DNA from: Oceanispirochaeta sp.
GTDB taxonomy: Bacteria > Spirochaetota > Spirochaetia > DSM-2461
Direction: 5' to 3'
Length of the DNA stretch: 64,000 bases
Assembly: GCA_963666275.2 (NCBI GenBank)
Contig: CAXXOA010000002.1
Location: forward strand, 1,216,001 to 1,280,000
Under the pieces are notes generated by a model. The model worked only from the letters and a program-made list of their open reading frames with translations. It did no database searches and was not told the DNA's origin. Positions 1 through 9,779 of this stretch are shown here, piece after piece (the stretch's first letter is position 1; each line of letters starts with the position of its first letter). The position numbers were made by a program, and so were the translations under genes.

Positions 1-1
1 A

Positions 2-424
2 TTGCTTCCCTTTACAGCCTGCTCAAACACAAGATCAGGAACAGAAGACAGTCAGAATTCTCAGGAGGATCAGACAGAAATGACAATTCATGTAACATCA
101 AACGGGAATACAACGGTATTCGCATTCAATGACAGTACAGCATCCCGGGAGCTCTACAATCAGCTTCCCCTGACTATCAAAGTGGAGGATTTCAGCAGCA
201 ACGAAAAGATCTTCTATCCTCCCGAAAAGCTCGGTACTGCCGGAACACCCCGGGCCAATGCTAAAGAAGGCTCTCTCTCCTATTATGCTCCCTGGGGAGA
301 TGTGGTGATGTTTTATGAAGATTTCGGTTCCGCATCAGGACTGTATGATCTGGGACATGCCGTTTCTGGTAAGGAGTTTATCCGGTCCATGTCGGGAACA
401 GTTGAAATCGTAAAAGGGGAGTAA
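2..424 (+). CDS. Cyclophilin-like fold protein, probably a lipoprotein; 5' end cut by the window edge
   Basis: Motifs 'LYNQLPLT..VEDF..NEKIFYPP' and 'LSYYAPWGDVVMFY'; lipobox-like 'FTAC' at the start. Confidence 0.8.
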   Translation: MLPFTACSNTRSGTEDSQNSQEDQTEMTIHVTSNGNTTVFAFNDSTASRELYNQLPLTIKVEDFSSNEKIFYPPEKLGTAGTPRANAKEGSLSYYAPWGDVVMFYEDFGSASGLYDLGHAVSGKEFIRSMSGTVEIVKGE

Positions 425-440
425 TCCATACTGTTTTTAC

Positions 441-491
441 AGGGGTTCCTCAGGCAGCCTGCTTTTCCCTCTTTGGTGAGGAACTCCTTTT
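441..491 (+). terminator. Probable intrinsic terminator
   Basis: GGGGTTCCTCA...TGAGGAACTCC stem followed by a T run, just after the stop codon. Confidence 0.5.
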
Positions 492-560
492 AATATAAGT
501 TTCCGAAAATATTTATCCTTCCTTATCTGATCCCGCCTGTTTTCAGGTTATACTGTTGCG

Positions 561-1430
561 ATGGAACTCCGAGTACTCAAGTATTTTTTAACTATTGCCA
601 GAGAAGAGAATATCACCAGGGCCGCTGAAATCCTGCATATTACCCAACCCACCCTGTCCCGGCAGATCATGCAGCTGGAAGAAGAGCTGGGTGTGAAACT
701 TTTTCATCGGGGAGCCAGATTTTCACTGACCGAAAAGGGGCTTCTGCTGCGGCGCAGAACCGAAGAGATCCTGGATCTGACCATGAAAACCGAACAGGAG
801 ATCAAAGAGGATCTGCAGGATATAAACGGTACTATCTATCTGGGGGGAGGGGAGACCTATGCCATGCACCTCTGGGCGAAGATCATCAAAAAGTTCAGTG
901 ATGAAAACCCCTCTGTGAATTTTGACTTTTTCAGCGGCAATGCGGATGATCTTAAGGACCGGATGGACAATGGACTCATTGATATGGTGCTCCTTATCGA
1001 ACCGGTGGATATAGAGAAGTATGATTTTATCCGCCTTCCCACGGTTGAAAAATTCGGAATCCTCATGCATAAGGACTCTCCGCTGGCCCGTAATGAGACT
1101 ATCCGGGCGGAAGATCTGCTGGATAAACCTATTATCCTTTCCAGAAGGAACCTTGTGCAGAAACAGATGATGCGCTGGTTTGGAAAGCAGTATAAATCAC
1201 TGAATATAATCGCCACCTACAATTTGCTGTATAATGCGGCCATCATGGTTCAGGAAAATCTGGGATATGCTTTTGTGCTTGAGAATCTGAGTACACCCCG
1301 GGATAATCTCTGTTTTAAACCTCTGGAGCCCCCCTTTGAAGTGGGAGTGGTGATCGCCTGGAAAAAATATCAGGTTTTTTCTCCCGCTACAAAAGCGTTT
1401 CTGGAGCTTGTCAAAAAAGAAATCCCCTGA
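561..1430 (+). CDS. LysR-family transcriptional regulator
   Basis: N-terminal 'MELRVLKYF...ITRAAEILHITQPTLSRQI..LEEELG' HTH; 289 aa. Confidence 0.95.
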   Translation: MELRVLKYFLTIAREENITRAAEILHITQPTLSRQIMQLEEELGVKLFHRGARFSLTEKGLLLRRRTEEILDLTMKTEQEIKEDLQDINGTIYLGGGETYAMHLWAKIIKKFSDENPSVNFDFFSGNADDLKDRMDNGLIDMVLLIEPVDIEKYDFIRLPTVEKFGILMHKDSPLARNETIRAEDLLDKPIILSRRNLVQKQMMRWFGKQYKSLNIIATYNLLYNAAIMVQENLGYAFVLENLSTPRDNLCFKPLEPPFEVGVVIAWKKYQVFSPATKAFLELVKKEIP

Positions 1431-1604
1431 TCGGCTCTCTTTCCTCCTCCCTGTTTCCTGCATCATGGACTCCTATGACCTGAGTCATATCGGAAAATGA
1501 GATGCCGCACTGCCTTTTTCCCTTCAGAATCATTAAATTTCTCCCAAGGATCTTCAAAAAGATTCAACATTTCCTGAAATGGTATTACATATCGGAGGAT
1601 ATTG

Positions 1605-2798
1605 ATGAGAAATAAACGACAATTCACAAGGCAGCTGTTTCTGCTGCTACTTGTATTTGTCCTTTCCGGAACCATGGGCCTTTCGGCCCGCGGCAGTCAG
1701 GATACGCAGGAGAATGCCCTTTCGGCGAAGCAGCAGTCTGTTGTGGCTATTGCCGCCTATACAGCCAATGGTGACAGGGATAGCCTCCTGGAGACTCTGA
1801 ATACAGGCCTGGACAATGGTCTGACTGTGAATGAAATCGGAGAAGTTCTTCTGCAGCTCTATGCATATACCGGTTTTCCCCGGAGTCTGAACGGTATGGC
1901 CGCACTGACCACGGTACTGGAGGAACGCCAGGCTGAGGGCATTAACGATCCTGCCGGAGAGGAGCCGGATTTTCTTCCTGAGAATGTGAACAGATACGCC
2001 CTGGGACTTGCCAACCTCAGTGCCCTGGCAGGGTTCCCCATGAATCAGCAGAAAGCCGAAACAAACGGGTACAGCGATGCCATGGATGCCTTTCTGAAAG
2101 AGCATCTGTTTGCTGACATTTTCGGTAGAAACAATCTCTCTTTTGATATGAGAGAGCTGGCTACCATCAGTGCCCTGGCCAGTCTGGACGGTACCAATTC
2201 CCAGCAGATGTTCCATATGAGCGCGGCTATGAACACGGGACTTACAGAAGAACAGATGAACGGCTTTGTGGCTGTTATTGCAGAAGAACTGGGAGAGGAT
2301 AAAGGCGACAATGCCGCTTCTGTTCTGGAGCAGGTTCTGGCCAGACGGGCGGAAATGCCCGCTCCTCCCCAGACCGCAGAGGCCTCTGAGAGAGCCTTCA
2401 TACCCGAGCTTTTTCCCCTGGGAGAACTGAGTGGTAATGAGCAGATCTTTACCGGTGACTCCTGGGTAGCCCCCCTTGTTCCCCCCGCTGAATCGGGAGG
2501 TATCTTTGCCGTTAACGTTACCTTTGCACCGGATACAAGAACCACCTGGCATGCTCACAGTTACGTACAGATCCTGATGGCCAACCTGGGTACAGGTTAC
2601 TATCATGAAGAGGGGAAGGAACCCCGGATTCTTAAACCCGGAGATGTGGTGACAATCCCTGCGGGTGTGACTCACTGGCATGGTGCGGCTCCCGGTCAGT
2701 GGTTCGCCCATATCGCCATTATTGTCCCCGTAGACAGCGGTGAAGAGGATCAGTGGCTGGGTCCTGTAGACGAAGAGTATTATTCCAGTCTGGACTGA
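1605..2798 (+). CDS. Exported carboxymuconolactone-decarboxylase (CMD/AhpD-like) plus cupin fusion protein
   Basis: GGAGG RBS; signal peptide ending 'SARGSQD'; CMD motifs 'YAYTGFPRSLN' and 'RELATISALA'; cupin motifs 'TWHAH' and 'HWHGA'. Confidence 0.85.
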   Translation: MRNKRQFTRQLFLLLLVFVLSGTMGLSARGSQDTQENALSAKQQSVVAIAAYTANGDRDSLLETLNTGLDNGLTVNEIGEVLLQLYAYTGFPRSLNGMAALTTVLEERQAEGINDPAGEEPDFLPENVNRYALGLANLSALAGFPMNQQKAETNGYSDAMDAFLKEHLFADIFGRNNLSFDMRELATISALASLDGTNSQQMFHMSAAMNTGLTEEQMNGFVAVIAEELGEDKGDNAASVLEQVLARRAEMPAPPQTAEASERAFIPELFPLGELSGNEQIFTGDSWVAPLVPPAESGGIFAVNVTFAPDTRTTWHAHSYVQILMANLGTGYYHEEGKEPRILKPGDVVTIPAGVTHWHGAAPGQWFAHIAIIVPVDSGEEDQWLGPVDEEYYSSLD

Positions 2799-2914
2799 GG
2801 TTCAGCCGGAACAGGGTACTCTGAAAACAGCGGAGCCAGTCTCCGGTGTTTTCAGAATTTCTGCCCGGCCCCGTTGTGTTCCGGGGCCGGGCTATCAGAA
2901 TAAAGGTAGCTTAT

Positions 2915-3322
2915 ATGAAACTTTGTAGATTTCTGATTCTGAGTATTTTTGCTTTTTCCGCCGTAGGAAACCTGGCTGGAGAAGTTCTAGACCGGGAACT
3001 GACACGCACCGCTCCCTGGAATGATATCTTCAGTATGTCTATCATTATAGACGGAACAGACCGGGAGAGTTTAAAAACTCTCATGGCGGAAAAGGATGAA
3101 AAGCTCTCCGAGGTGTATAATCAGATAGAGAGTTCCCGCGAAATCGAGAGCCCTCCGGTTCTTGATAGGATTGATCCTACTTTCTGCTCTCGGGGCAGAC
3201 AGGGAAAAACATATCAGGGAAGGGAATCCATTCCTGTAGAAATATTAGGGAGCCGGTTCTTTTACAGTACAGAAGTGGCTGTTGATATAGAGGCTCTTCT
3301 GAAAGAGAGGGATAATTCCTGA
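2915..3322 (+). CDS. Hypothetical exported protein
   Basis: ATG at 2915 followed by a signal-peptide-like 'MKLCRFLILSIFAFSA'; no recognised domain. Confidence 0.55.
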   Translation: MKLCRFLILSIFAFSAVGNLAGEVLDRELTRTAPWNDIFSMSIIIDGTDRESLKTLMAEKDEKLSEVYNQIESSREIESPPVLDRIDPTFCSRGRQGKTYQGRESIPVEILGSRFFYSTEVAVDIEALLKERDNS

Positions 3323-3364
3323 TCTCCTGTCGGTTTTCTCCCCTTGAAAAGGGTATATAACAAA

Positions 3365-4255
3365 ATGCTAAATAAAATAACAATTCCTGTGATTCTTCTG
3401 CTTGCGGCTGTTTTTTCTCCTCTCCCGTCCCAGGAAAGTGAACTCCGTCAGGTCGAGCGTGAGGTGGAAGCCCTCAGGCAGGCCTATCCGGATGTTCAGA
3501 TCTATTTTTCCTATGACAGAACCCTGGAGGATTATGAAATCGTTCTCCGCCGGGATGGAGACCGTTCGGTGCTCTACAGAGCCGGAGGAAGGTATCTTAC
3601 CAGTGAGCTGCTCCCCCGGAAAGAGAATTTCTGGCAGCTGCTCTACCGCTTTTCCGAAACTTTGCGGGATCCAGCGGATTTTACACAGGAGCAGCTGGAC
3701 CGTGTGATGCAGTTCGGGTCTACCGAAAACAGACGCTCCGGCAGGGTTGGTGCTACGGCACTTTTTGATGCTCTTTACGATACCGAAACCAGAGAGGATG
3801 TGGAAAACCATATCGTCCGGTGGGATTTCCTGGGTCAGGCACTCCGGGTTCACTACAGGATCACCGCTCCCCTGGAACGGGTGGAGCAGAAAATCCGTGA
3901 TCTGGCAGCCTCGGACCCTGTTGTCCAGGATTTTATCGATGAACTGGGTTCGGCCAGCGGCTACTCCTGGCGCTCTGTCCGGGATACTTCTGGTAAATCC
4001 TTCCACAGTATGGGGCTTGCGATTGATATCCTGCCGCGGGATCTGGATGGAAAAGCCATCTACTGGAACTGGGAAAAGAATAAGGGAAACGATCTTTGGA
4101 TGCTCATTCCTCTGGCAGACAGATGGATGCCTCCTGAGAGTGTGATCCGTATATTTGAAAGTGAAGGTTTTACCTGGGGCGGCATGTGGCCGATCTGGGA
4201 CAATATGCACTTTGAGTACAGACCGGAACTTCTTGTCTGGAGAGATTTTTTCTGA
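3365..4255 (+). CDS. M15-family metallopeptidase (D-Ala-D-Ala carboxypeptidase-like), exported
   Basis: SxHxxGxAxD motif 'SFHSMGLAID' and 'WGGMW..DNMHFEY'; N-terminal signal peptide; start could be 3344. Confidence 0.85.
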   Translation: MLNKITIPVILLLAAVFSPLPSQESELRQVEREVEALRQAYPDVQIYFSYDRTLEDYEIVLRRDGDRSVLYRAGGRYLTSELLPRKENFWQLLYRFSETLRDPADFTQEQLDRVMQFGSTENRRSGRVGATALFDALYDTETREDVENHIVRWDFLGQALRVHYRITAPLERVEQKIRDLAASDPVVQDFIDELGSASGYSWRSVRDTSGKSFHSMGLAIDILPRDLDGKAIYWNWEKNKGNDLWMLIPLADRWMPPESVIRIFESEGFTWGGMWPIWDNMHFEYRPELLVWRDFF

Positions 4256-4288
4256 TCAGACCACTCTTGTTTCTGTTCTCTCCCCGAT

Positions 4289-4873
4289 TCAGCCCTTTTC
4301 CTCTTCCTGCGACTTTTCCCAGCGGGAAGCGATAAGGGCTGCCTGTACCCGGTCTCGCAGACCGAGGGCATTGAAAATAGCGGAAACATAATTCTTTATA
4401 GTCCCTTCCGACAGGAAGAGCTCTTCGGCAATTTCACTGTTGGTGTCCCCCCGGCCGATAGCTTTAAACACCTCTTTCTCCCTCTCCGAAAGCTGGTTGA
4501 TCATCTGCTGCTGGGCTTCTGGAATCCCGGGGAGTTCGCTTTCGCTTTTACCGGCTTTGTTTATCGTTCCGATCAGGGCGCCCATGACACTTCCTGTCAT
4601 CTGAAACACATCGTGATAGGCCTGCTGTATGGCTCTGGCCAGGTCATCCGCCGGGATATCCTTCATCAGATACCCCACCGCACCGGCCTGAACGGGCATC
4701 CTTATGTCCATAAGAATGATCTCCGGATGGAGCTCCATGGCCATCTGGACGCCGTTACGGCCGTTTTCGGCTGTTCCGATGATGTTAATCCCATCCTGAA
4801 TATCCAGCAGGGAGGCGATGCCCTCTCTGACCAGACGCTGATCATCGACAATAAGTACTTTTATTTCATTCAT
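4289..4873 (-). pseudogene. NarL/LuxR-family response regulator with an in-frame internal deletion in the receiver domain
   Basis: 'LIVDD...LMDIRMPV' runs directly into 'QAGAVGYLMKD'; intact LuxR HTH 'LSEREKEV...IAEELFLSEGTIKNYVS'. Confidence 0.75.
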
Positions 4874-6197
4874 GGTTATACCCGATCAGGCTCACCGGAT
4901 CTTTCGGCAGGACCGTCTTCAGGGTACAGCCTTTTCCGGGAGCGCTTGATATTTCAAATGATCCCCTCACCAGGGTGACCCTGTTTTCCAGACCATCCAG
5001 ACCGAAGTGCCCCTGACGTCTCTGTTTCCGGGGATCAAATCCTTTCCCGTTATCCTTTAAAATACAGACCAGATTATCCTGGCCGAAGTCAATACTCAGT
5101 TCCACGCTGCAGGATCCGGCGTGTTTGAGTATATTGGTGATTCCCTCCTGAATAAAGCGGAACAGAGTTATCAGAACCGCATAGTTATAAGCTGTGTAAT
5201 CCCCGCTGATGGAGCTGTCTACCCTGTTCCCGGCTCTCCTGAGGTTGTCCAGAAGGGGGGCTATCTCTCCCTCTACGGAGAAGTTTACATTTTTATCACT
5301 ATTCAGAATATTCAGGGACTCCCTGACATCGGCCATGGTATCTTTCGCTGTTTTCCTGGCTACTTTAATGGCATCCCAGCTCTCGTTCTGATTGCGTTCA
5401 AAATAGGCTTCCGCTTTGGAGAGCTGTATCTGTATGGCTGTCAGGGCATGGCCGACCGAATCATGGATGTCTCTGGCCAGCCGTGTCCTCTCTTCCAGCG
5501 CGGCTGTCTGTCCCACCCTTCTGGCGTACTCTCTCAGATTCTGCTCGGAGATATTCAGCTCCTTCAGAAGCTTTCTGTTCTGATCGCTATGCTCTCTGTC
5601 CTTATTCCAGAAGTAGGCGAAGAGATAGAACAGGATCATTATCAGAGAACGGTAGATTGTAAAAACAATCAGGTACTGGGATTCGCTCCGGGTAAACTGT
5701 ATAAACCCGGGAATGACAAACATCACTGAAAGGATGATGCTTATGATCAGCCCTATGGGAAAGGCGAAGGCCTCATAGGAATAGAATACGATCAGGATGA
5801 AAAAAAGAGTCAGAATGGAGTGATCAAAATTGTACTTTCCCACCAGGAGTATCAGAGCGAGCAGGACCGCCCGGACCATAAAGAGGGTAAAGGGAATCTT
5901 TCTGTCGGCAAACCGGTAGTTCCATTTTTTATATTCAAGAATTTCAAGTAGGATAAACAGAACCGAAGAAATCATGATCATGTGCCTGATCCAGGGAGGG
6001 GCACCCTCGGGCAGGGGGTACTTGTAATAGACATAGTAGTACTGAAAAGGCACCTGGAGGGTCGTGAATATAAGAATTGTCATCAGACGTAAATTACTTT
6101 TAAAATCTATGGAAGAATACAAGGTTTTCTCTCCTGAGAATGTCACTTTAAATTGTCTTATTAAAATCCCTTTCCCGCTCTCTTTAAGTCCCCTCAA
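4866..6197 (-). CDS. Membrane sensor histidine kinase (HisKA_3 type); start codon uncertain
   Basis: 'EERTRLARDIHDSVGH', 'QEGITNILKHA', 'DNGKGF', 'GHFGLDGL'; several TM helices. Confidence 0.9.
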   Translation of the reverse strand: MRGLKESGKGILIRQFKVTFSGEKTLYSSIDFKSNLRLMTILIFTTLQVPFQYYYVYYKYPLPEGAPPWIRHMIMISSVLFILLEILEYKKWNYRFADRKIPFTLFMVRAVLLALILLVGKYNFDHSILTLFFILIVFYSYEAFAFPIGLIISIILSVMFVIPGFIQFTRSESQYLIVFTIYRSLIMILFYLFAYFWNKDREHSDQNRKLLKELNISEQNLREYARRVGQTAALEERTRLARDIHDSVGHALTAIQIQLSKAEAYFERNQNESWDAIKVARKTAKDTMADVRESLNILNSDKNVNFSVEGEIAPLLDNLRRAGNRVDSSISGDYTAYNYAVLITLFRFIQEGITNILKHAGSCSVELSIDFGQDNLVCILKDNGKGFDPRKQRRQGHFGLDGLENRVTLVRGSFEISSAPGKGCTLKTVLPKDPVSLIGYNHE

Positions 6198-6420
6198 TCA
6201 TATTTTAAGGCATTTCGCATATTACCGCAGTCATATTCCGGGGGCCTCTAATCATGACCGGGGGTCCCATTATTATAGTAAATGGGATATCTCCTCTTTG
6301 CCCTCCTTTCAGGAAGTGCTGTAAATATTTTATTCTGTAATAAATAGATGCCTGCCTCTATTCCGGGTCAGAGAGATCTTTTTATTTCTCTGCAAGAAAA
6401 ATAAAAAAAGGACTGATTAG

Positions 6421-6905
<485 letters not shown>

Positions 6906-6962
6906 GTTTGTAAAATAAAAACCCATAAGCTGTAGTTGAACGGAATATCACTCTGCATTTCG

Positions 6963-7004
6963 AATCCCGTCGGAAAGAAATCTGTTTCAGCGGGATTTTT
7001 TTTT
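6963..7004 (+). terminator. Intrinsic terminator
   Basis: AATCCCG...CGGGATT stem followed by a long T tract. Confidence 0.65.
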
Positions 7005-7083
7005 GCTTTGACCTCCGGGAGCCATATGCTCCTGGAAATGGTATCTTTTCCTGCTGATATAAACAGGTAGGAAGGGTTTTCGC

Positions 7084-7112
7084 TTGACGGTCCGGGGTAG
7101 AATTATTAAAGT
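7084..7112 (+). promoter_or_regulatory. Sigma70-type promoter
   Basis: TTGACG-17 bp-TAAAGT. Confidence 0.55.
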
Positions 7113-7118
7113 AATTTT

Positions 7119-7285
7119 GAGACACCATACATGTATGGCGATGTGGTCGCTTATGTTATGTCTACGGATCTATGAAGGGCATAGTCCTCCATAGGTTTTG
7201 TAAATATATTTTGAAACCGGTTGTTAACCGGCAATTCGCTCTTTTTACCAACCTGTCGGATATTATAGCGCCGACAGGTTTTTTT
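7119..7285 (+). ncRNA. Candidate small RNA (about 165 nt) between a promoter and a terminator
   Basis: Upstream promoter, four small hairpins, and terminator AACCTGTCGG-loop-CCGACAGGTT-T run at 7250-7285; no long ORF; family not recognised. Confidence 0.4.
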
Positions 7286-7379
7286 GCCCCCACACCCAGC
7301 TCCATCATATATTTGTATCTTTCTCTTTTGTAAGCATCATTATATCCTCTTCTCTGTTTTGAAGTCTTAGATAACTGAA

Positions 7380-8261
7380 TCAGAAGGCAGCGACCTGCTG
7401 CCTGTCCCGGGCCGGGGTGATTCCGAAACAGCGTTTATACTCTCTGCTGAACTGTGAGGAACTTTCGTATCCGACCCTCATGGCTGCGGCATTCGCCTTT
7501 TCTCCTTCCTGCTGGATCAGCTCTTTGGCTTTGTGGAGCCTGACGTTTTTTATGTACTGCAGGGGGGATGTGCTTGTCATGGACTTGAACGTGGCATGAA
7601 AGGCTGTGGAACTCATCCCTGCTTCCCTTGCCAGGGCCTGTACTTCAATAGGCTCATAGTAGTGTTCGTGGATTTTATTGATTACCCGGGATATCTGGTA
7701 AAACCCTCTATTATTAACAGCCAGCTCTCTCAGAATCTCACCATTCTCGCCGTTCAGAACTTTGAAGAGAATCTCCTTCAGGAATATGGGGCCGAGAATC
7801 CTTGTTTCGTTTTTTGATTCCAGGGTTCCCAGCATCCGGATAACAGCGTCCATGATCGGCTCTGAAAAGGGGGCATCATAAAGGCTTTTATTCAGCTGTC
7901 CTGTTCGGGGAGGTTCGGCTTCCATCTCATAGAGGATCTCGCCGATGATCTGGGGATCAATATTTATAACCAGTCCCAACATGGGATTCTCTGCTTCAAT
8001 TACCGCTTCGCACTGAACGGGCAGGGGGACTGTCTGTACGTAGTAATGAAAAGGATCGTAGGTAAACTGCTGCTCCCCGAGGAAGATATTTTTCTTTCCC
8101 TGAGCCAGCATGATTATCTGAGGATTATACAGTTGGGGCCTTTTCTTGTAGGGGGTATCTCTCCTGAACAGTCCCACTCCCTTTATCCCTGATTCTTTAA
8201 CCCCTTCTGCAGGAAGTTTCGTCAGGAGAATCTCTTTCATCTGATCTATTTTGTCACTCAT
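7380..8261 (-). CDS. AraC-family regulator (AraC_N/YqhC-like)
   Basis: 'LAQGKKNIFLG' N-domain; C-terminal 'LAREAGMS..FH..FK..TSTSPLQY...VGYESSSQFSREYKR'. Confidence 0.93.
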   Translation of the reverse strand: MSDKIDQMKEILLTKLPAEGVKESGIKGVGLFRRDTPYKKRPQLYNPQIIMLAQGKKNIFLGEQQFTYDPFHYYVQTVPLPVQCEAVIEAENPMLGLVINIDPQIIGEILYEMEAEPPRTGQLNKSLYDAPFSEPIMDAVIRMLGTLESKNETRILGPIFLKEILFKVLNGENGEILRELAVNNRGFYQISRVINKIHEHYYEPIEVQALAREAGMSSTAFHATFKSMTSTSPLQYIKNVRLHKAKELIQQEGEKANAAAMRVGYESSSQFSREYKRCFGITPARDRQQVAAF

Positions 8262-8491
8262 AACGACCTCAGCTGTATTTTTTGATATTCTGTAGATTAT
8301 GCATTAATCCTGGAAAAAATAAACATAAATCGAGTCTGATATGTAGAAATAGGCAATTTATATGTTGAAATGGATATTTTTTTACGATCCGGAATGGATT
8401 ATCTTTTCTGTACAGGAACCGGATATGGTGCAGCAGAGCTCTCTCCGGTGACTGGTAAACGTAAAAAAACAAACAGTAAAGAGGTTAGTAT

Positions 8492-8929
8492 ATGAAGTAT
8501 AGGAATAAAGAAGAGTTTGAAAAAGTTAATATGTTCGGAACAGGTCAGCCGAATGACATGTTTGCCCAATATTTTGTGGGAAAATCTTTTCTCAATTTTA
8601 TGGTTAAACCCGGAGAGACACCCCTTTTTCTGGCCAATGTCACATTCGAGCCAGGATGCCGGAATAACTGGCATGTTCATAATGGTAAAAGCGGCGGTGG
8701 CCAGATGCTGATCTGTACAGCCGGAGAAGGCTGGTACCAGGAAGAGGGAAAAGACGCTGTCAGCCTGACCGAAGGATCATTCGTCTATATTAAAACAGGT
8801 GTGAAACACTGGCACGGTGCCAAAGCAGACAGCTGGTTCAGCCATATCTCTCTGGAGGTTCCCGGAGAAGAGTGCAGCAATGAGTGGCTTGAGCCTGTGG
8901 ATGCGGATTTTTACAACAGCCTCAAATAG
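8492..8929 (+). CDS. Cupin-domain protein
   Basis: 'NVTFEPGCRNNWHVH', 'KHWHGA'. Confidence 0.9.
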   Translation: MKYRNKEEFEKVNMFGTGQPNDMFAQYFVGKSFLNFMVKPGETPLFLANVTFEPGCRNNWHVHNGKSGGGQMLICTAGEGWYQEEGKDAVSLTEGSFVYIKTGVKHWHGAKADSWFSHISLEVPGEECSNEWLEPVDADFYNSLK

Positions 8930-8938
8930 GAAGGAATC

Positions 8939-9700
8939 ATGGATAGAGTAGAACGGAGCGAGAAAAAGTTTAAAGAGCTTTTCGGAGATGTAAAAAGTCC
9001 CGCAGAAGCGATAGATCCGGATTTTCAGGAAATCCTGAACCGGTTTATATTCGGAGAAGTTTTTGCACAGGGTAATCTGGCTGATAAAGTCCGGGAACTG
9101 ATCACTCTGGTTGTCCTCACGACGAATCAGAACCTGGATCAGGTATCCGCCCATGTTTTCGCTGCCCTGAATGCGGGAGCATCTCCTGTGGAAATCAAGG
9201 AAGCCCTCTATCAGTGTGCTCCCTATATCGGTTTCCCCGGGACTCTGAACGCTATAAACAGAGCCAATGGGATTTTTGAAAAAGCCGGGATCCCTCTCCC
9301 CGTGGGGAGTCAGAAACAGGTAACAGAAGAGACCCGATTCGATGAAGGCCTGAAGGTCCAGAAACAGATCTTCGGAGATATTATCGATCAGATGCATAAG
9401 AGCGCATCGGACAACCTGAAACATATTCAGAACTATCTGTCTGCCTACTGTTTCGGCGATATCTATACAAGAAGCGGTCTGGATCTTCAGACCAGAGAGC
9501 TTCTGACCCTTTGTATTCTCATCTCCCTGGGGGGATGTGAGAGCCAGGTGAAATCCCACATATTCGGCAACACCAGAGTCGGGAACAGCAGGGAAACCCT
9601 GATTTCGGCTATTACCCAGTGTATGCCCTATATCGGGTTTCCCAGAACTCTGAATGCGCTGACAGCTCTGGGAGAAGTTCTTCCAGAAAAAGATGCCTGA
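8939..9700 (+). CDS. Tandem CMD/AhpD-like protein
   Basis: Two 'RELxTL...QCxPYIGFP.TLNA' repeats. Confidence 0.9.
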   Translation: MDRVERSEKKFKELFGDVKSPAEAIDPDFQEILNRFIFGEVFAQGNLADKVRELITLVVLTTNQNLDQVSAHVFAALNAGASPVEIKEALYQCAPYIGFPGTLNAINRANGIFEKAGIPLPVGSQKQVTEETRFDEGLKVQKQIFGDIIDQMHKSASDNLKHIQNYLSAYCFGDIYTRSGLDLQTRELLTLCILISLGGCESQVKSHIFGNTRVGNSRETLISAITQCMPYIGFPRTLNALTALGEVLPEKDA

Positions 9701-9779
9701 AAACTATAGGGCCATACCGGCCCTTTCCTATTGATACATACGGCTGAAATAGCCAGAAAAACGAAGGAGATATTTTTTT

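Noticed and set aside
6955..6975. TTCGAATCCC, resembling a tRNA T-loop or att site
   Set aside because: No cloverleaf or CCA; the sequence is the left arm of a terminator stem
7162..7190. Minus-strand GGAGGA followed by the mini-ORF MPFIDP
   Set aside because: RBS-to-ATG spacing is only 2 nt and there is no -35 for the nearby TATAAT; better read as an anti-SD on the + strand
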